64,000 nucleotides of DNA from a bacterium (lineage in GTDB: Bacteria > Electryoneota > Electryoneia > Electryoneales > Electryoneaceae). The first letter of the stretch is position 1. Each line of letters opens with the position of its first letter. Positions 49,390 through 58,067 of the stretch are shown piece by piece. Under the pieces are notes generated by a model, which saw only the letters and a program-made list of their open reading frames with translations, did no database searches and had not been told where the DNA came from. The stretch is taken from positions 928,001-992,000 of the forward strand of contig CAXXKJ010000002.1 of assembly GCA_963675295.2 (NCBI GenBank). Reading direction: 5' to 3'. Position numbers and translations under genes: made by a program.

Positions 49390-51375
49390 ATGATTCGAAC
49401 CAGGCTGATGTTTGCACTTGCCTTATTGCTACTACCGCTCTCCATTTCGCTTGCCTGGGAAAAGTTCACCGATGAAGAGCTCTCAATGAAACCCCCGGAC
49501 TGGTGTCCGGACGCAACAGCGATGGTCTTGGACCGTCAGGTCAGGGGGGACGTCAGCTTGACGGCTGCCGGTTTTGAGCTTGAAGTCAAGTATGTAACTC
49601 GTATCAAGTTGTTTGACGAAGCTGCATTTGATCTGGCCAACATTCAATTGCTGGCTCCCGCAGGTTCCAAAATCAATCGCATCAAAGCAAGGACGATTAC
49701 CCCTGAGGGAAAAAAGGTTAAGCTGAAAAAGCGTGATATCTACGATGAAATCACCTATGCCGGGCCGAAAAATGACCGCAAGTACCGCGTGGTCAATTTT
49801 GCTTTTCCTGCTGTGACTGCCGGGGCGATCCTGGAGTTTGAATACCGGTGGGTGAGCGATAATTTCGTGTTGATGCCTCCTTTCTATTTTGATCTGGATG
49901 GATTGCCCACCCGGGAATCGTCCGTGGCGTTTCAGATCCCCTACGGTTTGAACTACCGCACTGGTCTTATTAACACCGCGCAGCTGGATTACAAGGAGGA
50001 GGTGACCGAAATCCAGACGGTGAACGGTCCTCGCCTGCAGTATCTGGCAACTGTACGCCAGTTCGCCGGCGTACCGGAAGAACCGTTGATGCCCTCCACA
50101 GAGTATCTTCGACCGCATGTGTATTTCGTACTGGCGGGGTACGAGACTGCTGACGTTCGAGTTGACTTGGTCAAGGACTGGAACCGGGTCGCTGAGATCT
50201 TCGAGGGTTGGTGTGAGGAGTACACAACCTGGACACCGGCGACCGCACTTTTCGTGCGTGATCTGGTGGATGGTCCGTTTGATCGAACGGCATTGGAAAA
50301 GTTGCACCGGTTCATTGCCGACTCCATTGAGACGGTTGGTTCGCGCCATCCATTTGAATTTGACAGGACAATTGAGGATGTCCTTGAGAATCGGCGTGGT
50401 ACAGGGATGGAAAAGACCCTGTTGATGCGGGAATGCTGCCGTCAAAACGGTCTCGATTGTGATCTGTTGTTGGGTGTTCCGTGGGATGAGGGCGGGATGA
50501 TCGCCGATCCACCCATTTTCAATCGCTTGTCAGCATCTTTGCTACGTATTGACCTGGACACTCAGTCCATCTATCTCGATCCCGGTGATGAGGACGCTCC
50601 GTTTGACTATATCCCGTGGACACTTGCCGGAAATCGGGCGCTGCTGGTTGAGTATGACAATGCCGAAATCATCCGTTTACCTGACCGTCAGCAGATGGAG
50701 GAAGTTGCCATCAGCTTTACCGGGATTCTTGATGACTCAGGTGCGCTGGACGCTGACTGCTCAATCCTGCTCGTCGGCGGTAGGATCCGTTTTCTCGGGG
50801 ATGATCTTCAACTGCTGGATTCAGAAGAGCTGAGGGATCTCGTGGCGGCAGCATGGTTGCATGATCTGGACGCGGAACAGATCGATAACATTGAGTTGAT
50901 TCTCGAGGACGGGACAGAACCGCGAATCAATGTGCACGTGCATGTTGAAGGTGTTGGACAATTGGTTGGTGATCGGTGGGTTGTGCGTCCGAACCAATTC
51001 CGCAGTGTTGAACCTGACTACCTTCCGGAAGTGGCCGACCGTCAGACGAATCTGAATTTCAGTTCCCCAGTCTCTGTCAGGATCGATGGGACGATTGAAC
51101 TTCCAGATGGAGTCAATTACACCGAACTGCCGGAAACCCGTATTAAAAACCTGGAAGCGTTCGGTTTCATGGTGCGTGCCGGTTGCGGCAGTTCGCCTGG
51201 CTTGTTGCAATTCAGTCGTCACACTCGGCGCAAACACTGGTCGTTCAGCAAAACGCACTACGAATCGATTCGGGATTTTTACTCTGAACTGGCGGAAGCC
51301 GACCGGCTGGAACTGGTTTGCGAAACGATTCCCGCGGACGGGATGACAGAAACGGACGCAAACGCAGAGCAATGA
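49390..51375 (+). CDS. DUF3857 / transglutaminase-like exported protein (catalytic Cys apparently absent)
   Basis: Signal peptide; IKARTITPEG, FAFPAVTAGAILEFEY, VL.NRRGTGMEK, YLDP; start ATG 49390. Confidence 0.75.
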   Translation: MIRTRLMFALALLLLPLSISLAWEKFTDEELSMKPPDWCPDATAMVLDRQVRGDVSLTAAGFELEVKYVTRIKLFDEAAFDLANIQLLAPAGSKINRIKARTITPEGKKVKLKKRDIYDEITYAGPKNDRKYRVVNFAFPAVTAGAILEFEYRWVSDNFVLMPPFYFDLDGLPTRESSVAFQIPYGLNYRTGLINTAQLDYKEEVTEIQTVNGPRLQYLATVRQFAGVPEEPLMPSTEYLRPHVYFVLAGYETADVRVDLVKDWNRVAEIFEGWCEEYTTWTPATALFVRDLVDGPFDRTALEKLHRFIADSIETVGSRHPFEFDRTIEDVLENRRGTGMEKTLLMRECCRQNGLDCDLLLGVPWDEGGMIADPPIFNRLSASLLRIDLDTQSIYLDPGDEDAPFDYIPWTLAGNRALLVEYDNAEIIRLPDRQQMEEVAISFTGILDDSGALDADCSILLVGGRIRFLGDDLQLLDSEELRDLVAAAWLHDLDAEQIDNIELILEDGTEPRINVHVHVEGVGQLVGDRWVVRPNQFRSVEPDYLPEVADRQTNLNFSSPVSVRIDGTIELPDGVNYTELPETRIKNLEAFGFMVRAGCGSSPGLLQFSRHTRRKHWSFSKTHYESIRDFYSELAEADRLELVCETIPADGMTETDANAEQ

Positions 51376-53192
51376 GAATGCGGAAAATTGTCCTTGTCTG
51401 GATTCCAACTCTTGTGTTGCTGGTGACCGAGACTCTGGCCGGGGTTAAGCTTCCCGACTGGGCAGCGGAATTACCAGAACAGGTACCGGAGCCGTTGCGT
51501 ACGCGTGATCGGATCGTGCTTCGGTGTGTAACAGCAGATTTTGATCCGGAACGGGATCGGTTGCTACTGCGGGAGCGGCAAGCCTGGCAAGTGGGCGGCG
51601 CTGAAAGGTATTCCTCCTTCTCGGCAGTGGATTATTTCGCTGGTGAGGGCAATTTCAAGGCCGAGCGTGCACTTTTGCTGACGCCAGATGGCGAACTCGA
51701 GCGGCTGCCGAAAAACACCCTACGCAACAAACCCGTATATGGCAGCTACACCCTCTATTCCGATTCTCGTGCGGCTGAGTGGACGTTACCTCATGTGGAA
51801 ACCGGCTCGTTGGTTTTGCTGGACTACGAGATAACCCTTGAAAACTGCCCACGGATGATACGCCTACCGCTGCAGTCCGCTTTCGAACCCGTGCAGGAAA
51901 TCAGGTTGGATCTGGTCGCACCGGAGTCGTGGACCGTCACGGCGGCAACGTCGGTCGGCACCTCTTTCGCCGTTAATGATGGTATGCTGGTGTTGCAGGA
52001 TTTGCCTGTGTGGAGCAGCGAACCGTATGACGGCGGTTTTTCCAACTCTGCAGTTTTCGTTGAGATTGAAATCCGTCAAGCCGGTCAGCGATACCGGTGG
52101 AACGACGTGGCAAAAGAAATGCTGACCAGGTGGAAGGATGTTTACAGCGTTCATCCTGCAGAGACGTCTGCCGGACGCGAGGTGATTGATCAGATCCTGA
52201 GGGATTTCGAGGCACAGTATCGCTATGTATCTGTTCAGATTGGCGAGGGCCGTTTTGTTCCCCATCGGCTGAAGGATATTGAAAGGGTGCAGTATGGCGA
52301 TTGCAAGGATTTGACGCTGGTTCTGCTTAGCGAACTTCAACGCAGGGGTGTGGATGCGCATCCGGTGTTGACGAATCTGCCGTGGAATCGTCCGTTCCGT
52401 GATGATGTACCCAGTTCAAACCAGTTCAATCACGTGATTGTCGGCTGGATTGAGAATGGCGACACACTTTACCATGATGCCACCAGCCGCAAACGGACTC
52501 CTGGCCGAACACCGATGCCCCTCGCCGGCGCCCCGGCACTCTGGTTAACGCCGGACGGCGACTTGACCAGAATCCCAAACGTTGAGGAACCCTATACGAT
52601 TCAACTTTCGCTCGCTGGGGGATTTCGTCCAACTGGTCAATTTGAAGGGACGATCAGTATCACGCCCGACCCTCGTCTGGACGAAGTTGACTATGCGGAT
52701 TGGCTGGAGCTCGAGCCTGAAACGATAAGTGGCTTGCTGCACGAAGACTTGAACGTTCTGTCCGTATCGCAGTCCGAACCAACCGATTCGGGGAAGATCG
52801 CAGCGGAGATTGTCCTTGCAAACTGGGTCCAGCCAATCCAGTCGAGTTGGCTACTGCACGTTTGCCCGTTCGAGTCTGGTGAACACGCATTGCCCGTGGA
52901 GCGTACCGCCGGGTACTACTTCCTGGATCATCCGCTCGTATGGGACTATCACGTGAATGCCATACTTCCGGCAGAAGTGTCAAGGCGGGTTGAAACTGGT
53001 GACACACTGAACCTTGACGTGGGTTTAAGTCGCAGCAGTGTGAACATACGTGGCGATTCGCTAGTGGGTTCCTGGCGATTTGGGAATCGCTTACGGAAGG
53101 TGTCGGCTGGGCAGAGGGCACAACTTGATTCACTACTCACAACATGGAACCAGATTCGAGACGCCCGCCAACTGATCGAGTTCAAGCAGTAA
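51372..53192 (+). CDS. DUF3857 / transglutaminase-like exported protein
   Basis: LYSDSR, P.VE.GS, YRYVS.QIG.G...P, YGDCKD, FNHVIV, DAT triad motifs; ATG overlaps the upstream TGA. Confidence 0.8.
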   Translation: MRMRKIVLVWIPTLVLLVTETLAGVKLPDWAAELPEQVPEPLRTRDRIVLRCVTADFDPERDRLLLRERQAWQVGGAERYSSFSAVDYFAGEGNFKAERALLLTPDGELERLPKNTLRNKPVYGSYTLYSDSRAAEWTLPHVETGSLVLLDYEITLENCPRMIRLPLQSAFEPVQEIRLDLVAPESWTVTAATSVGTSFAVNDGMLVLQDLPVWSSEPYDGGFSNSAVFVEIEIRQAGQRYRWNDVAKEMLTRWKDVYSVHPAETSAGREVIDQILRDFEAQYRYVSVQIGEGRFVPHRLKDIERVQYGDCKDLTLVLLSELQRRGVDAHPVLTNLPWNRPFRDDVPSSNQFNHVIVGWIENGDTLYHDATSRKRTPGRTPMPLAGAPALWLTPDGDLTRIPNVEEPYTIQLSLAGGFRPTGQFEGTISITPDPRLDEVDYADWLELEPETISGLLHEDLNVLSVSQSEPTDSGKIAAEIVLANWVQPIQSSWLLHVCPFESGEHALPVERTAGYYFLDHPLVWDYHVNAILPAEVSRRVETGDTLNLDVGLSRSSVNIRGDSLVGSWRFGNRLRKVSAGQRAQLDSLLTTWNQIRDARQLIEFKQ

Positions 53193-53532
53193 CTCACTCC
53201 AAGGTAGTAAACCATAAGCATTGTCATACCCTGCCGTTCATGAGATGGCTTAGTGATTCAGGTTTTTGTCGCTCTCCCCACCTCCAAGTCCCGTTAAACC
53301 CTCGCTCCGTTTGCGCGTCCATGAAGTGAACGCCGATGAATTCGTTTCGGTGGGACAGGCACGGTTCACGTGCATAGCTGAAAACAAATTCGGAGGATGA
53401 TGACCGGTCTCCTTCAGGACCTCATGAAAACGGGCGGTTCGCTGTCCCCTCCAAGTCCACACGTCCCCGTAATGGCGGACCGCCCGTCCCCATTTTGACA
53501 GTCGAAACAGTTCCCCTGACTCATCGTGCAAC

Positions 53533-53570
53533 CGTCCGCAGACGGACACAATACTATCCGTCGCCGGACA
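53533..53570. promoter_or_regulatory. Tandem candidate NtrC-family UAS boxes
   Basis: CGTCCG-CAGA-CGGACA (53533-53548) and TATCCG-TCGC-CGGACA (53555-53570), 22 bp apart. Confidence 0.55.
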
Positions 53571-53631
53571 ATCTGTCTCCTGCTGCAATGCGGGAATTGT
53601 TGTTTACACGTAAGTTACGAATCGCAAGAGT

Positions 53632-53648
53632 TTGGCATGCATCTGGCA
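53632..53648 (+). promoter_or_regulatory. sigma54 -24/-12 promoter
   Basis: TTGGCAT-GCATC-TGGCA, i.e. GG-N10-GC. Confidence 0.55.
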
Positions 53649-53704
53649 ATTGCACGAAGTAGTTGGGAGAGATATGCTGGTTTTCGTCACAGGAGATGTG
53701 AACG

Positions 53705-53989
53705 ATGAGTGGGTTCACCATTCAGTTGCCGATTCATGATGCCAACGATTCGGTCGAAATCGAGGTGCGGGTCAACGGGAAACGTCGCAGCTACCAGTAC
53801 CGTGTCGAGGTGATCAACCTCGAACAGTGCGACATGATGCACGAAATCCGTATCCAATGCATCCGTGAGAAGATCGAGGAGGTCGGTGAGGACTGGCAGT
53901 TGGTCAACATCGGCGCGGCGAGCAAGGAATCGATCCCGGTGATGTTCCGCCGCAAACAAATCCTCGACGCGGCGGAAGGCAAAAACTGA
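53705..53989 (+). CDS. Small hypothetical cytoplasmic protein (94 aa)
   Basis: AGGAGA RBS; host-like codon usage; EIEVRVNGK, YRVE, WQLVNIG, IPVMFR. Confidence 0.75.
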   Translation: MSGFTIQLPIHDANDSVEIEVRVNGKRRSYQYRVEVINLEQCDMMHEIRIQCIREKIEEVGEDWQLVNIGAASKESIPVMFRRKQILDAAEGKN

Positions 53990-54049
53990 GCGACGCTGAG
54001 CGGACGCCAATGGCGGATTTGCACCGCTGGTGGCTGCTTTCAACATAGA

Positions 54050-54167
54050 CAAGGGGACACTTACTCCCGTATGTGTCCCCTTGATGGAACAGTTTCAGGG
54101 GACACGTTACGGACAACGTGTCCCATATGTTTTAACTCGGAAGGAGCCCGGGCTGAAGCCCGAGGGC
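54050..54167. repeat. Cluster of hairpins: two GGGGACAC-type and one REP-like
   Basis: CAAGGGGACAC/GTGTCCCCTTG; GGGACACGTT/AACGTGTCCC; CCCGGGCTGAAGCCCGAGGGC is the exact reverse complement of 31575-31595. Confidence 0.75.
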
Positions 54168-54368
54168 GAGATTGGTTTCGGACACGTTGGGTGAGGGTGG
54201 TGATATGGATGTGCCCGTGTTCGCTTGCGAACGCGGACGATCCGATAATGGAAATCACCTGAGTCCGTTGTTGTTCAAGCTCGGATCAGCCCAGACATGA
54301 ATGTCCGGGGCATGCTAACTTCCGCATATCGCAGCCTATTGCCCGCAGTCCGTACCCCACATCCCGCC

Positions 54369-54812
54369 TTACTGCTCCAGCGCACCCTGTTCGATCCATG
54401 TGCGGATGGCTTCGATTTCACTGCTGGCGAGTTGTCCACCCTGCGGCATGCGCTGGAGGCCATTGGTTCCTTCGACACGCCACACCAATTCGCTGGCGTC
54501 CGGATCGCCGGGTACGACATACGGATTGCCGGACAGGCTGTTGGCATCGATCCAACCGGCGAAATCGGTCAGGTCGAGGTTGCCCAGCTGGATTGACGAA
54601 CTGTGACACGAGATGCAGTAGGTGCTGATGATGTCCGGGTAAATGTCCCCGGTCCAGCTCAGCGTGTCTGCAGGAGTCGGGTCGCCGTTGCCATTGTTGT
54701 TGTCGTTCGGGCTGACCGGGTCGCCCATGTCGGAGCAGCCTGCGGCCAGCAGCAGGGTCAACAAAAGTATCGGAAGCAGCCGTGCGAACACGGCGTTGGT
54801 CTGCAAAATCAT
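54369..54812 (-). CDS. Monohaem c-type cytochrome lipoprotein (Planctomycete cytochrome C-like domain)
   Basis: Lipobox LAAGC; I.P.I...CISCH, VPGDP..SEL, RMPQGG.L...EI..IR.WIEQGA; start ATG 54812. Confidence 0.85.
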   Translation of the reverse strand: MILQTNAVFARLLPILLLTLLLAAGCSDMGDPVSPNDNNNGNGDPTPADTLSWTGDIYPDIISTYCISCHSSSIQLGNLDLTDFAGWIDANSLSGNPYVVPGDPDASELVWRVEGTNGLQRMPQGGQLASSEIEAIRTWIEQGALEQ

Positions 54813-54826
54813 CGTGCTGGGTCTCC

Positions 54827-55420
54827 TCACTGCGGCATCGCGGTGAATGTGGCGGACACTTCCTGGTCCTCCGCCAGTTTGACGATCAGGAACTGTGGAC
54901 GTTCGATGTCGTAATCGTTGAGGTTGACGATCCACTCTGCGGTAACTGTCAGGCTGCCGTCGGCATTGCGGGTGACCTCGAGCATCGGTTCGATGTCGTT
55001 GGTCTCGCCGTGGCAGGTGAACTGCCCGTTCGCCTTCATCGTCGCCGTTTCGCCGGTCTTCAGCATGGCCGGATTGCCGGACAGGCCGGTCAGCTCGAAC
55101 GTCATCTGCGGGAACTTGTCCGGGTGCAGATGGTTGTCGAGCATGTGATTGTTACGCAGCTTGATGCCGGTGTCAAGCGTCTTGACATCAATCGAAACCG
55201 TGCCGGATACCGGCTTGCTGAGATCGTCCGGATCGCAGCTGAACGTTCCTTCGAGGTGGTTCGTGCGTCCATCGAAGGTTTCACCGACCGCACGGGAAAC
55301 AAACACGACTTCATTGGGTTCGCCGGGGGATACGATGTACGTCATTACCTCGGCAATGGAGGGCTGAGCCGCCAGCAGGCCGATCATCATCACAAGCGTC
55401 AACGTCTGAAGCGTCTTCAT
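54827..55420 (-). CDS. YceI-family lipocalin-like protein
   Basis: Signal peptide; V.F.S....E.F.G, IDV.TLDTGI.LRN.HM, L..DKFP...F, G.FT.HG.T, DYDIERP. Confidence 0.85.
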   Translation of the reverse strand: MKTLQTLTLVMMIGLLAAQPSIAEVMTYIVSPGEPNEVVFVSRAVGETFDGRTNHLEGTFSCDPDDLSKPVSGTVSIDVKTLDTGIKLRNNHMLDNHLHPDKFPQMTFELTGLSGNPAMLKTGETATMKANGQFTCHGETNDIEPMLEVTRNADGSLTVTAEWIVNLNDYDIERPQFLIVKLAEDQEVSATFTAMPQ

Positions 55421-55435
55421 GGGGGGCTCCTCGGT

Positions 55436-56536
55436 TTATAGCCACAAGTGCAGTTGCAGCAGGAATTGTCCGGACTCGTCCGAGCCGGGATAGTTCAGTT
55501 CGGAATGCGCCCACTGGTACATCGGGGAAATGCTGATGTAACCGCGCGGGATAATGTCCATCCCAAGCCGTGTGCGCCAGATGTAGCCGGACTCCGTGTC
55601 CATGTCCGGGTCGTAGTATTCGTACCAGCCGTGCGCATAAATGCCACGTTTGATCATGTAGCGCAGTTGATGCGTCGCGACCATGCCCTGAATGTCCTCG
55701 ACTTCCTCACGCAGATTCGTTTCGCCGAGGAAGGTCAGCGGGCCGACATTGAAGCCGTAGAATGCGCCGTAATGGCGGGCGCTGTAGCCACCACCGCCGA
55801 GGTCATCGGAACGGCCGGAGAGGCCGAGTGTGGCGGTCAGGGCGTTGTGTCCGAACCGTCGGGCAATTCGGGCCGAGACGGCGTTGCCATTGCTGCCGGG
55901 GACGCCGTTTGTCAGGCCGGCGGTGACATCCCAACGATCAGTGTAGAGGCCGGCTTCGACGCCGGTGTCGTAGGCTCGCCAGCCCGCGCCACGGTCACTG
56001 CCGTAGTCGAGGTACTTACGGGCGAAGACGGTATGATCGACCCAGCCCCAGCCGTAGGTGGTGCGGAACTTACCGGCCCGGACACGGATCTTCCCGTTCT
56101 TCATCGAGAAATTGGCGAACGCTTCCTCGATGCCGTTGTTGGATACGTCGACAACCGCCGAGGTGGCGTCGGTCAACGTGTACGCGAAATAGATGTCACT
56201 CTGCATCATGACGAATTCGTTACCACGGGTCTGCATGTTCTCGTCGTCATCATAGCCGTGCCCGAGAGCGTACAGGCCGCGCAGGTCGAAGCCGTACTGC
56301 AGGGCGTCGTCTGCTTGCGGCAGGATTTCCTGGATCTCGGCGAAATCTTTCGCTTCCATCGCGAGATCGCTGTACGAGAAGAACTGGGCGCCGTACAGGG
56401 TCCGCATTCCGCCACCGGTGGGGTTGTGGTGGCACAGGGCGCAAGTCTGATTGTATTTCACCTGGTACTCGGGCAACGCATGTGCAAATGACGCAAACAG
56501 CAGGATGGCCAGCAGTGCCGGCACAACGCGTTTCAT
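55436..56536 (-). CDS. Probable outer-membrane beta-barrel with an N-terminal CxxCH haem motif (Cyc2-like architecture)
   Basis: Signal peptide ending AHA, then LPEYQVKYNQTCALCHHNPTGGG; RVRAGKF...YGW, DTGVEAG, alternating amphipathic strands; C-terminal LLQLHLWL; start ATG 56536. Confidence 0.7.
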   Translation of the reverse strand: MKRVVPALLAILLFASFAHALPEYQVKYNQTCALCHHNPTGGGMRTLYGAQFFSYSDLAMEAKDFAEIQEILPQADDALQYGFDLRGLYALGHGYDDDENMQTRGNEFVMMQSDIYFAYTLTDATSAVVDVSNNGIEEAFANFSMKNGKIRVRAGKFRTTYGWGWVDHTVFARKYLDYGSDRGAGWRAYDTGVEAGLYTDRWDVTAGLTNGVPGSNGNAVSARIARRFGHNALTATLGLSGRSDDLGGGGYSARHYGAFYGFNVGPLTFLGETNLREEVEDIQGMVATHQLRYMIKRGIYAHGWYEYYDPDMDTESGYIWRTRLGMDIIPRGYISISPMYQWAHSELNYPGSDESGQFLLQLHLWL

Positions 56537-56952
56537 GACTCCCTCCCTCATCATGACGAGTGTGTCTGTTTGTGAGCAGGCTGAGTGGTCTGTCCTGATC
56601 TTGTTGAATAGGTCAAGAAACCTGCGATTCCAAGAACAATTCCCAGCCGTCCAGCAGTTAAGGAGTTAGGTGACGGCTAAGTCCGATCAGAATCAGGTGT
56701 ATCAGAGTTAGGCATTCTGAACTTTCTGATGAGAGATGAGCAGAAACTGTGCCGGAGTGAAGGAATACTCAGGTTGCGCGGGCTGATTGCGGGGCATGAG
56801 CGGGCTTCGCACGGGAGCCGGGGAGACGGTTGCGACCGGAATGATACAACGAGCGTCTTATAGCTATACTTATCTATCCACAACGATTTTGGAGTCGCCC
56901 TCGCAGCTTGCTCATGGTCAGCCAAGACGGTTTAACAACACTGGGGGTACCC

Positions 56953-57645
56953 ATGAGTCCACTTAGAGTTTCACTCCTCGTTCTGCTGTTTCTTCTGTTG
57001 TCAGGCTTTGTTCTCACTGGTTGCGACGAAGACAGCTCACCGACCAAAATGCCTCCTCACGAACGACCGATGGCGAATGATTTATTCCCACTCAAGGTTG
57101 GCGACATCTATCAGTTCGAAAACCACGTCGATGGTGAGATGACGACGACGGAGACGTGGTCTGTGCTTTCGGTCGAGAGCCTTCAAGGTCGGGCTGCGTA
57201 CGAGGTTGAGTTCACACTCTTCGATCTGGATGATGGTGAAATCGGCAGCGACACGACGTGGTACGCGTACGGTATCGATTCGCTCCTGGTGTTTAACGAG
57301 GCATCGGACGAGTGGGAGTTGGATCCGTTTCTTAGCGGCTGGGCTGAGGCTGACCCGCCGGCAACGCATGAGTTTACGCGCGTTCGTGAGGATCTGGGTG
57401 GATTGACCGTTGAGTACGTCGCCGGATTCCACGGGTACAACTTCCAGATCCAGGTCGGTTCGACAACCTACGACGGTTGCGCCAGGATCACGGAAGACGC
57501 GACGGTGGTCGGGCAGGATCACACCGTGTCCGGTGTGCGCTACTACGGAGACGGATTCGGCCTGGTGTATTCAGACCTGACGGACACGTATCGGGTGGGT
57601 AACACGGAAATCACGATCCACCGGGAGAAGTTCCGGGTGGAATGA
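56953..57645 (+). CDS. Hypothetical lipoprotein
   Basis: Lipobox LTGC; FPLKVGD.Y.F N-terminal motif and YY..GFGLV near the C-terminus; start ATG 56953. Confidence 0.75.
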   Translation: MSPLRVSLLVLLFLLLSGFVLTGCDEDSSPTKMPPHERPMANDLFPLKVGDIYQFENHVDGEMTTTETWSVLSVESLQGRAAYEVEFTLFDLDDGEIGSDTTWYAYGIDSLLVFNEASDEWELDPFLSGWAEADPPATHEFTRVREDLGGLTVEYVAGFHGYNFQIQVGSTTYDGCARITEDATVVGQDHTVSGVRYYGDGFGLVYSDLTDTYRVGNTEITIHREKFRVE

Positions 57646-57668
57646 GGGATCTGGTGTGACCAGTTCTG

Positions 57669-57696
57669 AACGCGGGGTGCTTTCGTCCCGCGTTTT
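57669..57696 (+). terminator. Terminator after the lipoprotein gene
   Basis: AACGCGGG/CCCGCGTT stem followed by TT. Confidence 0.6.
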
Positions 57697-57758
57697 GCGT
57701 TTGTGCGATGGTGGATCTGCGGTCCTGCTAATTGAAACCAGAACGTCAGTTGGCTCGC

Positions 57759-57877
57759 ACGTCATTCTGGGAGCCGCGTCAGTTTGCGGCTGAAGAAGGT
57801 CCAGCTGACCAACGGGTTCATCTACACACTCAAATCTGGATCTTCCTCACTTCTCTTCGTTCCGTTCGGAATGACGT
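57759..57877. repeat. About 119-bp MITE/REP-like palindromic element
   Basis: Terminal inverted repeats ACGTCATTC / GAATGACGT; internal AGCCGC/GCGGCT hairpin. Confidence 0.55.
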
Positions 57878-58067
57878 ACTTTCGACGCTGAATCGAATCT
57901 ATCGGGCGCAGGGTGGTTTCACCCCGCGTTTTTTCTCGGGCGGGAGCGGATTGATCGAGCGTTGCGGGCTGTGGGTATCCTCGTTACTTTCATCATTCAC
58001 CTTGGACGACGGGCTTGCATCGTGGCAAGCCTTCTTTGCCTTTAACCTGAAGAAAGCGTTTTCAGCA

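Noticed and set aside
53250-53588. 112-aa minus-strand ORF and CCTCCAAGTCC direct repeat in the spacer
   Set aside because: No RBS or motif, overlaps the predicted UAS boxes, and two 11-mers are insufficient evidence.
57732-58067. Long N-terminal extensions of iscS (likewise pta, lpxB, gldA-like, FRG and DUF3857) in the ORF track
   Set aside because: The extensions translate intergenic repeats or overlap neighbours; family homology and RBS positions support the downstream starts.
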